A DNA stretch of 32,000 nucleotides from Mycolicibacterium smegmatis (GTDB lineage Bacteria; Actinomycetota; Actinomycetes; Mycobacteriales; Mycobacteriaceae), in contig NZ_LN831039.1 of the NCBI RefSeq assembly GCF_001457595.1, positions 510,001 to 542,000 of the forward strand, in the 5' to 3' direction. Position 1 is the stretch's first letter; every line of letters begins with the position of its first letter. Under the pieces are notes generated by a model. It saw only the letters and a program-made list of their open reading frames with translations. It was not told where the DNA came from and ran no database searches. This document shows positions 17,857-25,218 of the stretch, piece after piece. The position numbers and the translations under genes were made by a program.

Positions 17857-19644
17857 ATGTGCGGGATCATCGCATGCCGCACGAACCGGCCAGCCGCGGA
17901 CTATCTCCGCGTCGGCCTGCGCAGGCTGGAGTACCGGGGTTACGACTCGGTGGGGGTTGCACTACAGACGGAGGCCGGCACCGTGGCCCGGTTGCGGACG
18001 ACCTCGCGTATCAGTGCACTGGAGTCGCTGCTCGACGAGTGGTCGGGACCGACCTTCGACGGAGTGGGCATCGGCCATACGCGGTGGGCAACACACGGCG
18101 CGGTCACGGAGACCAATGCGCACCCACACAGTGACTGCGGTGGTCGGCTCAGCCTGGTGCACAACGGGATCATCGAGAACGCAACGCAGTTGCGCACCGA
18201 GTTGAGCGCCGCCGGTCACAGGTTCACCTCGACCGTCGACAGCGAAGTGCTGTGCCATCTCATCGAAGACGAGCGGTCGAACGGCGCGGACCTGACCTGC
18301 GCAGTGCAGAACGCACTGGCGAAGGCGAGGGGCTCGTGGGCGCTGGCCGTTCTTGAACACGGCACCGGACGCATCGCCGTCGCGGCATCGGGTTCTCCTC
18401 TCGTCGTGGCGAACACGTCCCACGGTGACTTCGCGACGAGTGACGTCGCGGCCATCGCGGATTGGGCCGACGAGTTCCGTGTCCTCGAAGACGGTGATGT
18501 CGTGGAACTTTCCGTCGACGGCCGGTGGACCAGGGCGGGAATCCTCTCGGCGCCGCCGCCTGCGACACGGTGCACGCTGCGCACCCGTGACGTGGAACTC
18601 GACGGTTACACCGACTTCATGGCCAAAGAGATCGACGAACAACCCGAAGCGGTCGCGAGGGTCCTCGATTCGATGGCAGGCCGGATCGCCACCGGCGCTC
18701 TGTGGCGCGACTTCGGCCTGCCGTCTTTCGAACGGCTCCGTGTGATCGGCTGTGGGACTTCGCTCAACGCTGGCACCGTGATCGGCAACCTCGCGCGTGA
18801 CCTGGGCGGGATTCCGATGGCCACGACGGTGGCGAGTGAAGCGGCCATGGAGGTTTTCGATGCGGGACAGCTGTGGCTGGCCATCAGCCAGTCGGGCGAG
18901 ACCGCGGACGTACTGCGCGCGGTGGAGTCACCGGCGGTGAGCGAATCGTCACTGGTGGCGCTCACCAACAGCGGACACTCGACACTGGCACGCCTGGCCG
19001 ACGCGGTCGTGGGATGTGCGGCCGGCCCCGAAATCGGTGTGGCCGCCACGAAAACATTCGTCTGCCAGGTTGTTTCGGGGAGTGCGCTGATGATCTCCGC
19101 GCTCGTCGCGATGCGGCGGATCTCCGCGGCATCGGCCTCCCGGCTGGTCGACGATCTTCGGCGTCTGCCGGAGCAGCTCGATGCCGCGACCGTGACCGCC
19201 AAGAGCGTCGTACCGCCGATCGCCGAGGAACTCGCCACGGCAGGAGGATTCCTGTTCATCGCTCGCGGACTGGGCCTGCCGTATGCATCCGAAGGTGCGC
19301 TCAAACTCAAGGAACTCACCTACCGGTGGGTCGAGCACTACCCGGCCGGCGAACTGAAACACGGTCCGCTCGCGCTGGTCGGCAACGGAACTCCGGTGAT
19401 CGTCGTCAGCACAGGTGATCCGAAGATCGAAAGCAGCATCGCCGAGATACAGGCCCGCGGCGGACACGTCATCTCGATCGGCTCGGCGGGAAGCACGGTC
19501 GCAGTCACCGACGGGCCGAACGCGCCATGGGGTCCGATCACGGCCACCGTCGCCCTGCAGATCCTTGCACGGACCATGGCTCTGACGTTGGGCCGGGACG
19601 TCGACAAACCACGCAATCTCGCGAAGTCGGTGACGGTGGAATGA
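17857..19644 (+). CDS. glmS: Glutamine--fructose-6-phosphate aminotransferase (GlmS-type, probably a secondary copy)
   Basis: 'MCGIIACRTNRPAADYLRVGLRRLEYRGYDSVGVAL' (Cys2 nucleophile), 'GIGHTRWATHGAVTETNAHPHSD', SIS domains 'GCGTSLNAGTV', 'ISQSGETADVLRAV', 'GLGLPYASEGALKLKELTYRWVEHYPAGELKHGPLALV', C-terminal 'RDVDKPRNLAKSVTVE'. Confidence 0.93.
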   Translation: MCGIIACRTNRPAADYLRVGLRRLEYRGYDSVGVALQTEAGTVARLRTTSRISALESLLDEWSGPTFDGVGIGHTRWATHGAVTETNAHPHSDCGGRLSLVHNGIIENATQLRTELSAAGHRFTSTVDSEVLCHLIEDERSNGADLTCAVQNALAKARGSWALAVLEHGTGRIAVAASGSPLVVANTSHGDFATSDVAAIADWADEFRVLEDGDVVELSVDGRWTRAGILSAPPPATRCTLRTRDVELDGYTDFMAKEIDEQPEAVARVLDSMAGRIATGALWRDFGLPSFERLRVIGCGTSLNAGTVIGNLARDLGGIPMATTVASEAAMEVFDAGQLWLAISQSGETADVLRAVESPAVSESSLVALTNSGHSTLARLADAVVGCAAGPEIGVAATKTFVCQVVSGSALMISALVAMRRISAASASRLVDDLRRLPEQLDAATVTAKSVVPPIAEELATAGGFLFIARGLGLPYASEGALKLKELTYRWVEHYPAGELKHGPLALVGNGTPVIVVSTGDPKIESSIAEIQARGGHVISIGSAGSTVAVTDGPNAPWGPITATVALQILARTMALTLGRDVDKPRNLAKSVTVE

Positions 19645-20942
19645 AAACCCGAACATCCGGAACATTCGCGGACTCTCAGCAGGAAAACGGGGAAGGAAGA
19701 CTGTTGATCACACTGCAACGCACGACGATTGCCGTCGTGGGACTCGGTTATGTGGGACTGCCCACCGCGCTGGCGTTCGCGGAGATGGGAGCAGAGATCA
19801 TCGGCTGTGACCTCAGCGAGGACCGGCTGGCGAACATCAAGACCGGAGACGTCGACATGCTGCCCCGGGACCGGACACGGCTTCTCCGACAGCTCGATTC
19901 GTTCAAGCTGACCACCGAGCCCAGTGCGATCGGAGTGGCCGACGCGGTCGTGGTGTGCGTCCCGACCCCGGTCGACCCGCATCAGTCCCCGGATCTGCGG
20001 GCGCTGACCGCAGCATGCGCCAACGTGGTGCGGTACGCGACGAAGGGACAACTCCTCGTTCTCACCTCGACGACATACGTGGGGTGCACACACGAGATGC
20101 TCGTCGAACCACTGCAAGCTGCGGGGTTCACGGTCGGCAAGGACATTTTCGTCGCGTTCAGTCCCGAACGCATCGATCCGGGAGTGAAGGATCACGCGCC
20201 GGAGCGGACGCCTCGCGTCGTCGGTGGTGTCACCCCGGCGTGCACGGCCCGCGCCGCAGCCCTGCTGAGGCATACCGCGAGTTCCGTGCACACCGTCTCT
20301 TCTCCCGAGTCCGCGGAGATGACCAAGTTGGTCGAGAACTCGTTCCGTGCGGTCAACATCGCTCTGGCCAACGAGTTCTCGGAAGTAGCCCGCGAACTGA
20401 GCGTCGACGTCATGGAGGTCATCGACGCGGCGGCGACCAAACCGTACGGGTTCATGCCGTTCTATCCGGGCCCGGGCGTCGGCGGCCACTGCATACCGTG
20501 CGATCCGCACTATCTCCTGTGGCAGTTGCGGGCCCGCCGATTCGACTCGCCCCTGATGCGGACAGCGATGACATGCATCGCCGCACGCCCACGCGACGTC
20601 GTGTCGCGGGCCCGGGAGATGCTGGCCGAGCGAGGGAAGCCCACGCAGGGCGCGCGTGTCCTGGTGGTCGGTGTCACGTACAAGCCGGGTGTCGCCGATC
20701 TGCGTGAGTCACCGGCACTGGCGATCATCGACGATCTCACCGCTGCCGGAGCCGTCGTCTCGTTCACCGACCCGCTGGTGCCCATGCTGCGGACGCCACG
20801 GGCCGGAACGCTCACCAATCACCGCTCGCCGGAACACGATGAGTGGGACCTGGTGCTGGTGCACCATTGGGCAGAAGAGCTCAGGGACTGGGTGTCGGCC
20901 CAGCCTGTGGTGCTCGACACCACATTCGGTCGGCGAGGCTGA
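19641..20942 (+). CDS. Nucleotide-sugar 6-dehydrogenase, UDP-N-acetylhexosamine (WbpA/WecC) type by active-site motif
   Basis: 'TIAVVGLGYVGLPTALAFAEMGAEIIGCDLS', 'VVCVPTPVDPHQSPDL', 'AEMTKLVENSFRAVNIALANEFSEVARELSVDVMEVIDAAATKPYGFMPFYPGPGVGGHCIPCDPHYLLW', 'GVTYKPGVADLRESPALAIIDDL'. ATGA overlap with glmS stop. Confidence 0.92.
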   Translation: MKTRTSGTFADSQQENGEGRLLITLQRTTIAVVGLGYVGLPTALAFAEMGAEIIGCDLSEDRLANIKTGDVDMLPRDRTRLLRQLDSFKLTTEPSAIGVADAVVVCVPTPVDPHQSPDLRALTAACANVVRYATKGQLLVLTSTTYVGCTHEMLVEPLQAAGFTVGKDIFVAFSPERIDPGVKDHAPERTPRVVGGVTPACTARAAALLRHTASSVHTVSSPESAEMTKLVENSFRAVNIALANEFSEVARELSVDVMEVIDAAATKPYGFMPFYPGPGVGGHCIPCDPHYLLWQLRARRFDSPLMRTAMTCIAARPRDVVSRAREMLAERGKPTQGARVLVVGVTYKPGVADLRESPALAIIDDLTAAGAVVSFTDPLVPMLRTPRAGTLTNHRSPEHDEWDLVLVHHWAEELRDWVSAQPVVLDTTFGRRG

Positions 20943-20944
20943 AC

Positions 20945-22240
20945 GTGGCGACCATAGCGGCGGCAGATCGCACCATCGCCTCGGTGCGGCCGGCAGAGTT
21001 CGGCGTCAAGGTCGTGATCGTCATGACTTTGCTGCTCATCGTGATGCTCATATTCGGGTACAAGGTCGTGAGCCTTCAGAACATGAAGGACGAACCCTTC
21101 TGGGCGGCATACGGACTGGTCATCACCGCGTTCATCTTCACCAGGTTCGGTCTGGCCGCACTGTACCGTCCCCCGCGTCGCGATACCGAGAACTACTGGC
21201 CCGTCGTGGCCATCATCGTTCCCGCGTACAACGAACCCGACATCGCCAGGACACTCCTGCACTGCCTCGGTGTCGACTACCCGCGAGAACTGTTGCGTGT
21301 GGTCGTGGTCGACGACAAGAGCAGTGACGACACCCTGCGGCGGATCACTGATTTTGCCGCAGAGCACCCGAACCTGACGGTGATACCGCATGAAGTCAAC
21401 GGTGGAAAACGCCGGGCGATGGCCACAGGTATGGCAGCCGCTGACGACGCCGATCTGTTCGTCTTCATCGACAGCGACAGCCAGGTGACGCGTGACGCGA
21501 TACGAGTCATCGCATCGTATTTCGCTGACAGCTCGGTCGGCGCGGTGTGCGGGCATACCGACGACACCAACCTGTCCCACAACATCCTGACCCGCATGCA
21601 GGCGATGCAGTACTACATCGCCTTTCGCATCTACAAGTCGGCAGAGGCGTTGTTCGGATCGGTGACCTGCTGCTCGGGTTGCTTCTCGGCATATCGCGCC
21701 GATGCGGTACGGCCCGTGGCCGACAAGTGGTTGAACCAGACATTTCTCGGCCGCCCTTCGACTTTCGGTGACGACCGCAGCCTGACCAACTACCTGTTGC
21801 GGGACTGGCGCGTGCTGTACGCCCCCGACGCGCAGGCCTATACCAATGTGCCCGAACACCTCAAGCAGTTCTTGCGTCAGCAGTTGCGCTGGAAGAAGAG
21901 TTGGCTTCGGGAGGCGCCGCGGGCGATGTGTGCCGTGCGACGCAAGAACCCGGTCATGGTGGTGATGTTCGCTCTGAGCATCGTGCTGCCGTTCATCGCG
22001 CCTCAGGTGGTCATGAGGGCATTCGTCGTCCAACCGCATTTCATAAGTCAACTGCCGTTCTGGTACTTCGGCGGTGTCGCTGCGATCGCCGTCATCTACG
22101 GGCTGTTCTATCGGCTGCACCGACCTGTGAAGCGTTGGTACCAGGGCATTTTCTTCACGATGTTCTACACGATCATCCTTGTGCTGCAGATGCCGTACGC
22201 CATGGTGACGATCCGCGACAGCAAATGGGGGACGCGATGA
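20945..22240 (+). CDS. Processive membrane glycosyltransferase family 2, hyaluronan synthase/NodC-like
   Basis: 'VVAIIVPAYNEPD', 'VVVVDDKSSDDT', 'FIDSDSQVTRDAI', 'CCSGCFSAYRADAV...NQTFLGRPSTFGDDRSLTNYLLRDWRVLYAPDAQAYTNVPEHLKQFLRQQLRWKKSWLREA', C-term 'DSKWGTR'; N- and C-terminal transmembrane segments. GTG start 3 bp after the previous stop. Confidence 0.93.
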   Translation: MATIAAADRTIASVRPAEFGVKVVIVMTLLLIVMLIFGYKVVSLQNMKDEPFWAAYGLVITAFIFTRFGLAALYRPPRRDTENYWPVVAIIVPAYNEPDIARTLLHCLGVDYPRELLRVVVVDDKSSDDTLRRITDFAAEHPNLTVIPHEVNGGKRRAMATGMAAADDADLFVFIDSDSQVTRDAIRVIASYFADSSVGAVCGHTDDTNLSHNILTRMQAMQYYIAFRIYKSAEALFGSVTCCSGCFSAYRADAVRPVADKWLNQTFLGRPSTFGDDRSLTNYLLRDWRVLYAPDAQAYTNVPEHLKQFLRQQLRWKKSWLREAPRAMCAVRRKNPVMVVMFALSIVLPFIAPQVVMRAFVVQPHFISQLPFWYFGGVAAIAVIYGLFYRLHRPVKRWYQGIFFTMFYTIILVLQMPYAMVTIRDSKWGTR

Positions 22241-23772
22241 GGCACCGTCGGCAACGTAAGAGCTACTCGATGGCGCTCACGGCGGTCTCGGCCAGCCTGG
22301 TCGCGGCGTACCTGGCCGCACCCAGTTACTGGCAGTGGCACCGAGCCGAGGAACGGCAGCAGCGTCTTGAGATCGTCCAGGTCGACACACCGTCGGGCGC
22401 GGTCGATCGACGGTTGGTGCATGAACTGCGCGATGCCACGGTGAGTTCGCAGAGCGCCCCGATCATCATCACCTACCACGACATCGGCTACAACGAATCG
22501 CCCTACACCGTGACGCCGGAGCGGTTCGCCACACAGATGCAACTGATCCACGACGCAGGCTGGACGACGCTGACGATCGACCAACTCGACGGATGGCTGG
22601 ACGGTGATCCGTTACCTCCGCACAGCGTGCTGGTCACCTTCGATGATGGAGCGAAAGGTGTGTGGCGGTATGCGGATCCGGTGCTCGCGCGGTTGGGGAT
22701 GCATGCCGCCGTGTTCCTCATCACCGGGTTCGTCGGAACCCACCAGCCCTACTACATGACGTGGGACGAGATCGGCCAACTGCACTCCAGCGGGCGGTGG
22801 GATCTACAGGTGCACACCCATCTGGGCCATGTCGAGGTGCCGGTCGATGCGGCGGGCAACCAGGCCCCGTTCCTCACCAGCCTGCAGTGGCTCGCCGACC
22901 ATGGCAGGAAAGAGACGCAGCAGGAGTACCACCGGCGGGTGCTGCAGGATCTCTCGGAATGCAAGCGACAGTTCCGCGCACACGGATTGCCCGAGCCGAG
23001 CTACTTCGCCTATCCGTTCTCTGCCCACGAGGGGGAATCCGAGGAAACCGAGCCACTGCAGGAGATCGTGACGTCGCTGTACCGCATGGCGCTGCTCGAT
23101 GATGCACTGGAGATCAGGACGAGCTCCAGCAGCGATGTGCAGGCCGGGATGATCCAGCGCATGGACATCGTCGCTGCCACCAGCACCGATCTGCTCGTCG
23201 ACAAGCTGGAGCAGGCCAGCCCGATCGACCCGAAGGCGTCGCGTCCGTTCGCTGACCCGACCGGGTGGGTCGACGGCACCAACAACCCGGCACCGGTCGA
23301 CCTCGATGCCGACACCCTGCAGATCAACCCCGACCCAGGCGAAGAGGTGATCCGGACCTACGCGCCGATTCGCAGCACGATGTGGACCGACTACACCATC
23401 GAAGTCGACGTGAGCGGTTTCGCTCCGGACGACTGGACGACGGCCGGCGTCACCGTGCTCAAGCCCAGCCGGGCGCCTTTCGACGGCAACGTCTCACAAC
23501 AGGTCGATGTGCGGATTCGCGGGAACTCGTTCGGTATCGGCCGCAGTTCGAAGGAGTTCGCAGATCACCCTCTCCTGCAGGGGAATTCGCACCACGTCGT
23601 CATCGATGTCACGGCGCAGCGGGTCACCGTCAGCGTCGACGGTGACATACCCCAGGTGATTGAACTGGACAGCAACCGGTCCCGCGGTGTCGGAGGCGGG
23701 GTGTCGTTCTGGGCGTACCGGCAGTCCGAGGCCAGCCCGCCGATCGTGTTCTCGAACCTCACGATTCGCTAG
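22237..23772 (+). CDS. Membrane-anchored polysaccharide deacetylase (CE4, IcaB/PgaB-like) with C-terminal ConA-like/beta-sandwich domain
   Basis: N-terminal TM 'MALTAVSASLVAAYLAAP'; 'APIIITYHDIGYNESPYTVTPERFATQMQLIHDAGWTTLTIDQL', 'VLVTFDDGAKGVWRYADPVLARLGMHAAVFLITGF', 'WDLQVHTHLGH', 'SYFAYPFSA'; C-term 'YTIEVDVSGFAPDDWTTAGVTVLKP...HHVVIDVTAQRVTVSVDG...GGGVSFWAYRQSEASPPIVFSNLTIR'. ATGA overlap with the GT2 stop. Confidence 0.88.
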   Translation: MRHRRQRKSYSMALTAVSASLVAAYLAAPSYWQWHRAEERQQRLEIVQVDTPSGAVDRRLVHELRDATVSSQSAPIIITYHDIGYNESPYTVTPERFATQMQLIHDAGWTTLTIDQLDGWLDGDPLPPHSVLVTFDDGAKGVWRYADPVLARLGMHAAVFLITGFVGTHQPYYMTWDEIGQLHSSGRWDLQVHTHLGHVEVPVDAAGNQAPFLTSLQWLADHGRKETQQEYHRRVLQDLSECKRQFRAHGLPEPSYFAYPFSAHEGESEETEPLQEIVTSLYRMALLDDALEIRTSSSSDVQAGMIQRMDIVAATSTDLLVDKLEQASPIDPKASRPFADPTGWVDGTNNPAPVDLDADTLQINPDPGEEVIRTYAPIRSTMWTDYTIEVDVSGFAPDDWTTAGVTVLKPSRAPFDGNVSQQVDVRIRGNSFGIGRSSKEFADHPLLQGNSHHVVIDVTAQRVTVSVDGDIPQVIELDSNRSRGVGGGVSFWAYRQSEASPPIVFSNLTIR

Positions 23773-23781
23773 GGGCTGCAG

Positions 23782-24483
23782 ATGAAACGACTCATCGCCC
23801 TGGGCGCGCTCTGTTGCGCGGCGTGTGGTCACTCGGGTGCGCAGGGGTTGGGCCTCTCCGACGATTTCACCGGTCCCAATGGTGTGATCGCGGCCGAGGG
23901 TACGCCGGTGCAACCAGGTGACAAGTGGATCGTCACCAGCGGAACCTTGTTCCGGGACAACGGCACTGCGTGGACGGGTCCGCCGGACGAGTCCACGGGT
24001 TCGGAGGTCTTCCGGATGGTTTCGGTGGTCCGCGGGTTCAACGACCTGCAGATGTCGTTGGCGATGCGCGTCGACGCCATGTCGACGACGGCACGAACGC
24101 CTGCGCAGGACTACGACGGTGCACACATCTGGGTGCGCTACCAGTCCGATGTCGCGCTCTACGCCGTGAGTGTCGACCGACGCGATGCCACCATGACCAT
24201 CAAGAAGAAGTGCGCGGGCGGGACCGACAACGGCGGGACGTACTACGACCTGAACGGTTTCGTGCATGACGTACCCATTCCGTTCGGAAAATGGCAGCAC
24301 ATCGCGGTGACCGTCCGCGATCACCCAGATGGCTCGGTGTACATCGACGCCACGCGTGACGGGATCACGATGAGCGCGGTCGACGACGGTGTCGGCTGTG
24401 CACCGTTGCACGGCGGTGGTGTCGGGATCCGTGGCGACAACGCCGAACTCCGTTTCGCAGACATCTCGGTGACGTCGCTGTAG
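23782..24483 (+). CDS. Small secreted ConA-like/laminin-G-like fold protein, possible lipoprotein
   Basis: 'MKRLIALGALCCAACGHSG' signal; 'SDDFTGPNG...', 'FNDLQMSLAMRVD...GAHIWVRYQSDVALYAVSVDRRDATMTIKKK...FGKWQHIAVTVRDHPDGSVYIDATRDGI...GGGVGIRGDNAELRFADISVTSL'; 9 bp downstream of the deacetylase. Confidence 0.7.
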   Translation: MKRLIALGALCCAACGHSGAQGLGLSDDFTGPNGVIAAEGTPVQPGDKWIVTSGTLFRDNGTAWTGPPDESTGSEVFRMVSVVRGFNDLQMSLAMRVDAMSTTARTPAQDYDGAHIWVRYQSDVALYAVSVDRRDATMTIKKKCAGGTDNGGTYYDLNGFVHDVPIPFGKWQHIAVTVRDHPDGSVYIDATRDGITMSAVDDGVGCAPLHGGGVGIRGDNAELRFADISVTSL

Positions 24484-24518
24484 AGAAGCGCACAGCCGCA
24501 TGTCTCTGCCTGGTAGGG

Positions 24519-25178
24519 CTACGCCGGTTGGTTGTGGCGGGGCAGGGTCGCGTAGGCGAATTCGAACAGGTAGTCGCTCAGGGCGAGGGATGCTCCATTC
24601 GCGGCTTCGGCGTTGCCTGCCGCGATCGCGGCGAGGATGTCATGGTGCAGCTGGGCGGCCCGACGCAGCTCCTCGACCGGATCGCTCAGATGCCCGAACC
24701 AGAAGCGTCGTGAGAGCCCCTGAAGTGGTGCCATCGCCACTTCGATGTATTCGTTGTGGGTTGCCGCGACGACCAGCGCGTGCGCTTTACGCAGGAAGTT
24801 TGAGAAGTCGGTGACGGTCTTGTCACCGCTCACAACGTCCTCGGCGAGTTCGCGGGCGGCTTGTCGTTGTGAATCGGTCGCCCGCGAGGCAGCGACTCGC
24901 ACGGCGAACGGTTCGAGTATGCGGCGCAATTCGAGGAGTTTGAGCTGCGCTTCGACGGAGGTGGGCGGAACCAGCACTCCCCGGTTGGGGTGGATCTCCA
25001 GCAGCCGCTCCCGCGAAAGCCGCTGCACCGCTTCCCGCACCGGCGTGCGGCCCAACCCGGTGAGCTCCATCAGCTGTTTCTCGGAGACGAGACTTCCTGG
25101 CGCGATTTCGCCGAGCACGATCATGCGCTCGATCTCGACGAAGGCTTGATCGCTCTTGTTCTGCGGCTCGCTGGTCAT
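24519..25178 (-). CDS. GntR family regulator, FCD (FadR-C) subgroup
   Basis: 'RMIVLGEIAPGSLVSEKQLMELTGLGRTPVREAVQRLSRERLLEIHPNRGVLVPP' HTH; C-terminal 'LRRILEPFAVRVAA...FLRKAHALVVAATHNEYIEVAMAPLQGLSRRFWFG...HHDILAAI' FCD pattern. Confidence 0.93.
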   Translation of the reverse strand: MTSEPQNKSDQAFVEIERMIVLGEIAPGSLVSEKQLMELTGLGRTPVREAVQRLSRERLLEIHPNRGVLVPPTSVEAQLKLLELRRILEPFAVRVAASRATDSQRQAARELAEDVVSGDKTVTDFSNFLRKAHALVVAATHNEYIEVAMAPLQGLSRRFWFGHLSDPVEELRRAAQLHHDILAAIAAGNAEAANGASLALSDYLFEFAYATLPRHNQPA

Positions 25179-25218
25179 TTGCCTCCTCTCGGTGGGCTAG
25201 ACAGTATCGCGCTCGGAG

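Noticed and set aside
19527-19640. Upstream extension of the nucleotide-sugar dehydrogenase ORF
   Set aside because: Lies in the alternative frame of the glmS 3' end; ATG at 19641 gives a normal N-terminus.
19338-20510. 390-aa minus-strand ORF
   Set aside because: Antisense shadow across glmS and the dehydrogenase gene.
20819-22120. 433-aa minus-strand ORF
   Set aside because: Antisense shadow of the GT2 gene, whose motifs are unambiguous.
21901-22236. Upstream extension of the deacetylase ORF
   Set aside because: Lies in the alternative frame of GT2; the TM-anchored N-terminus begins at 22237.
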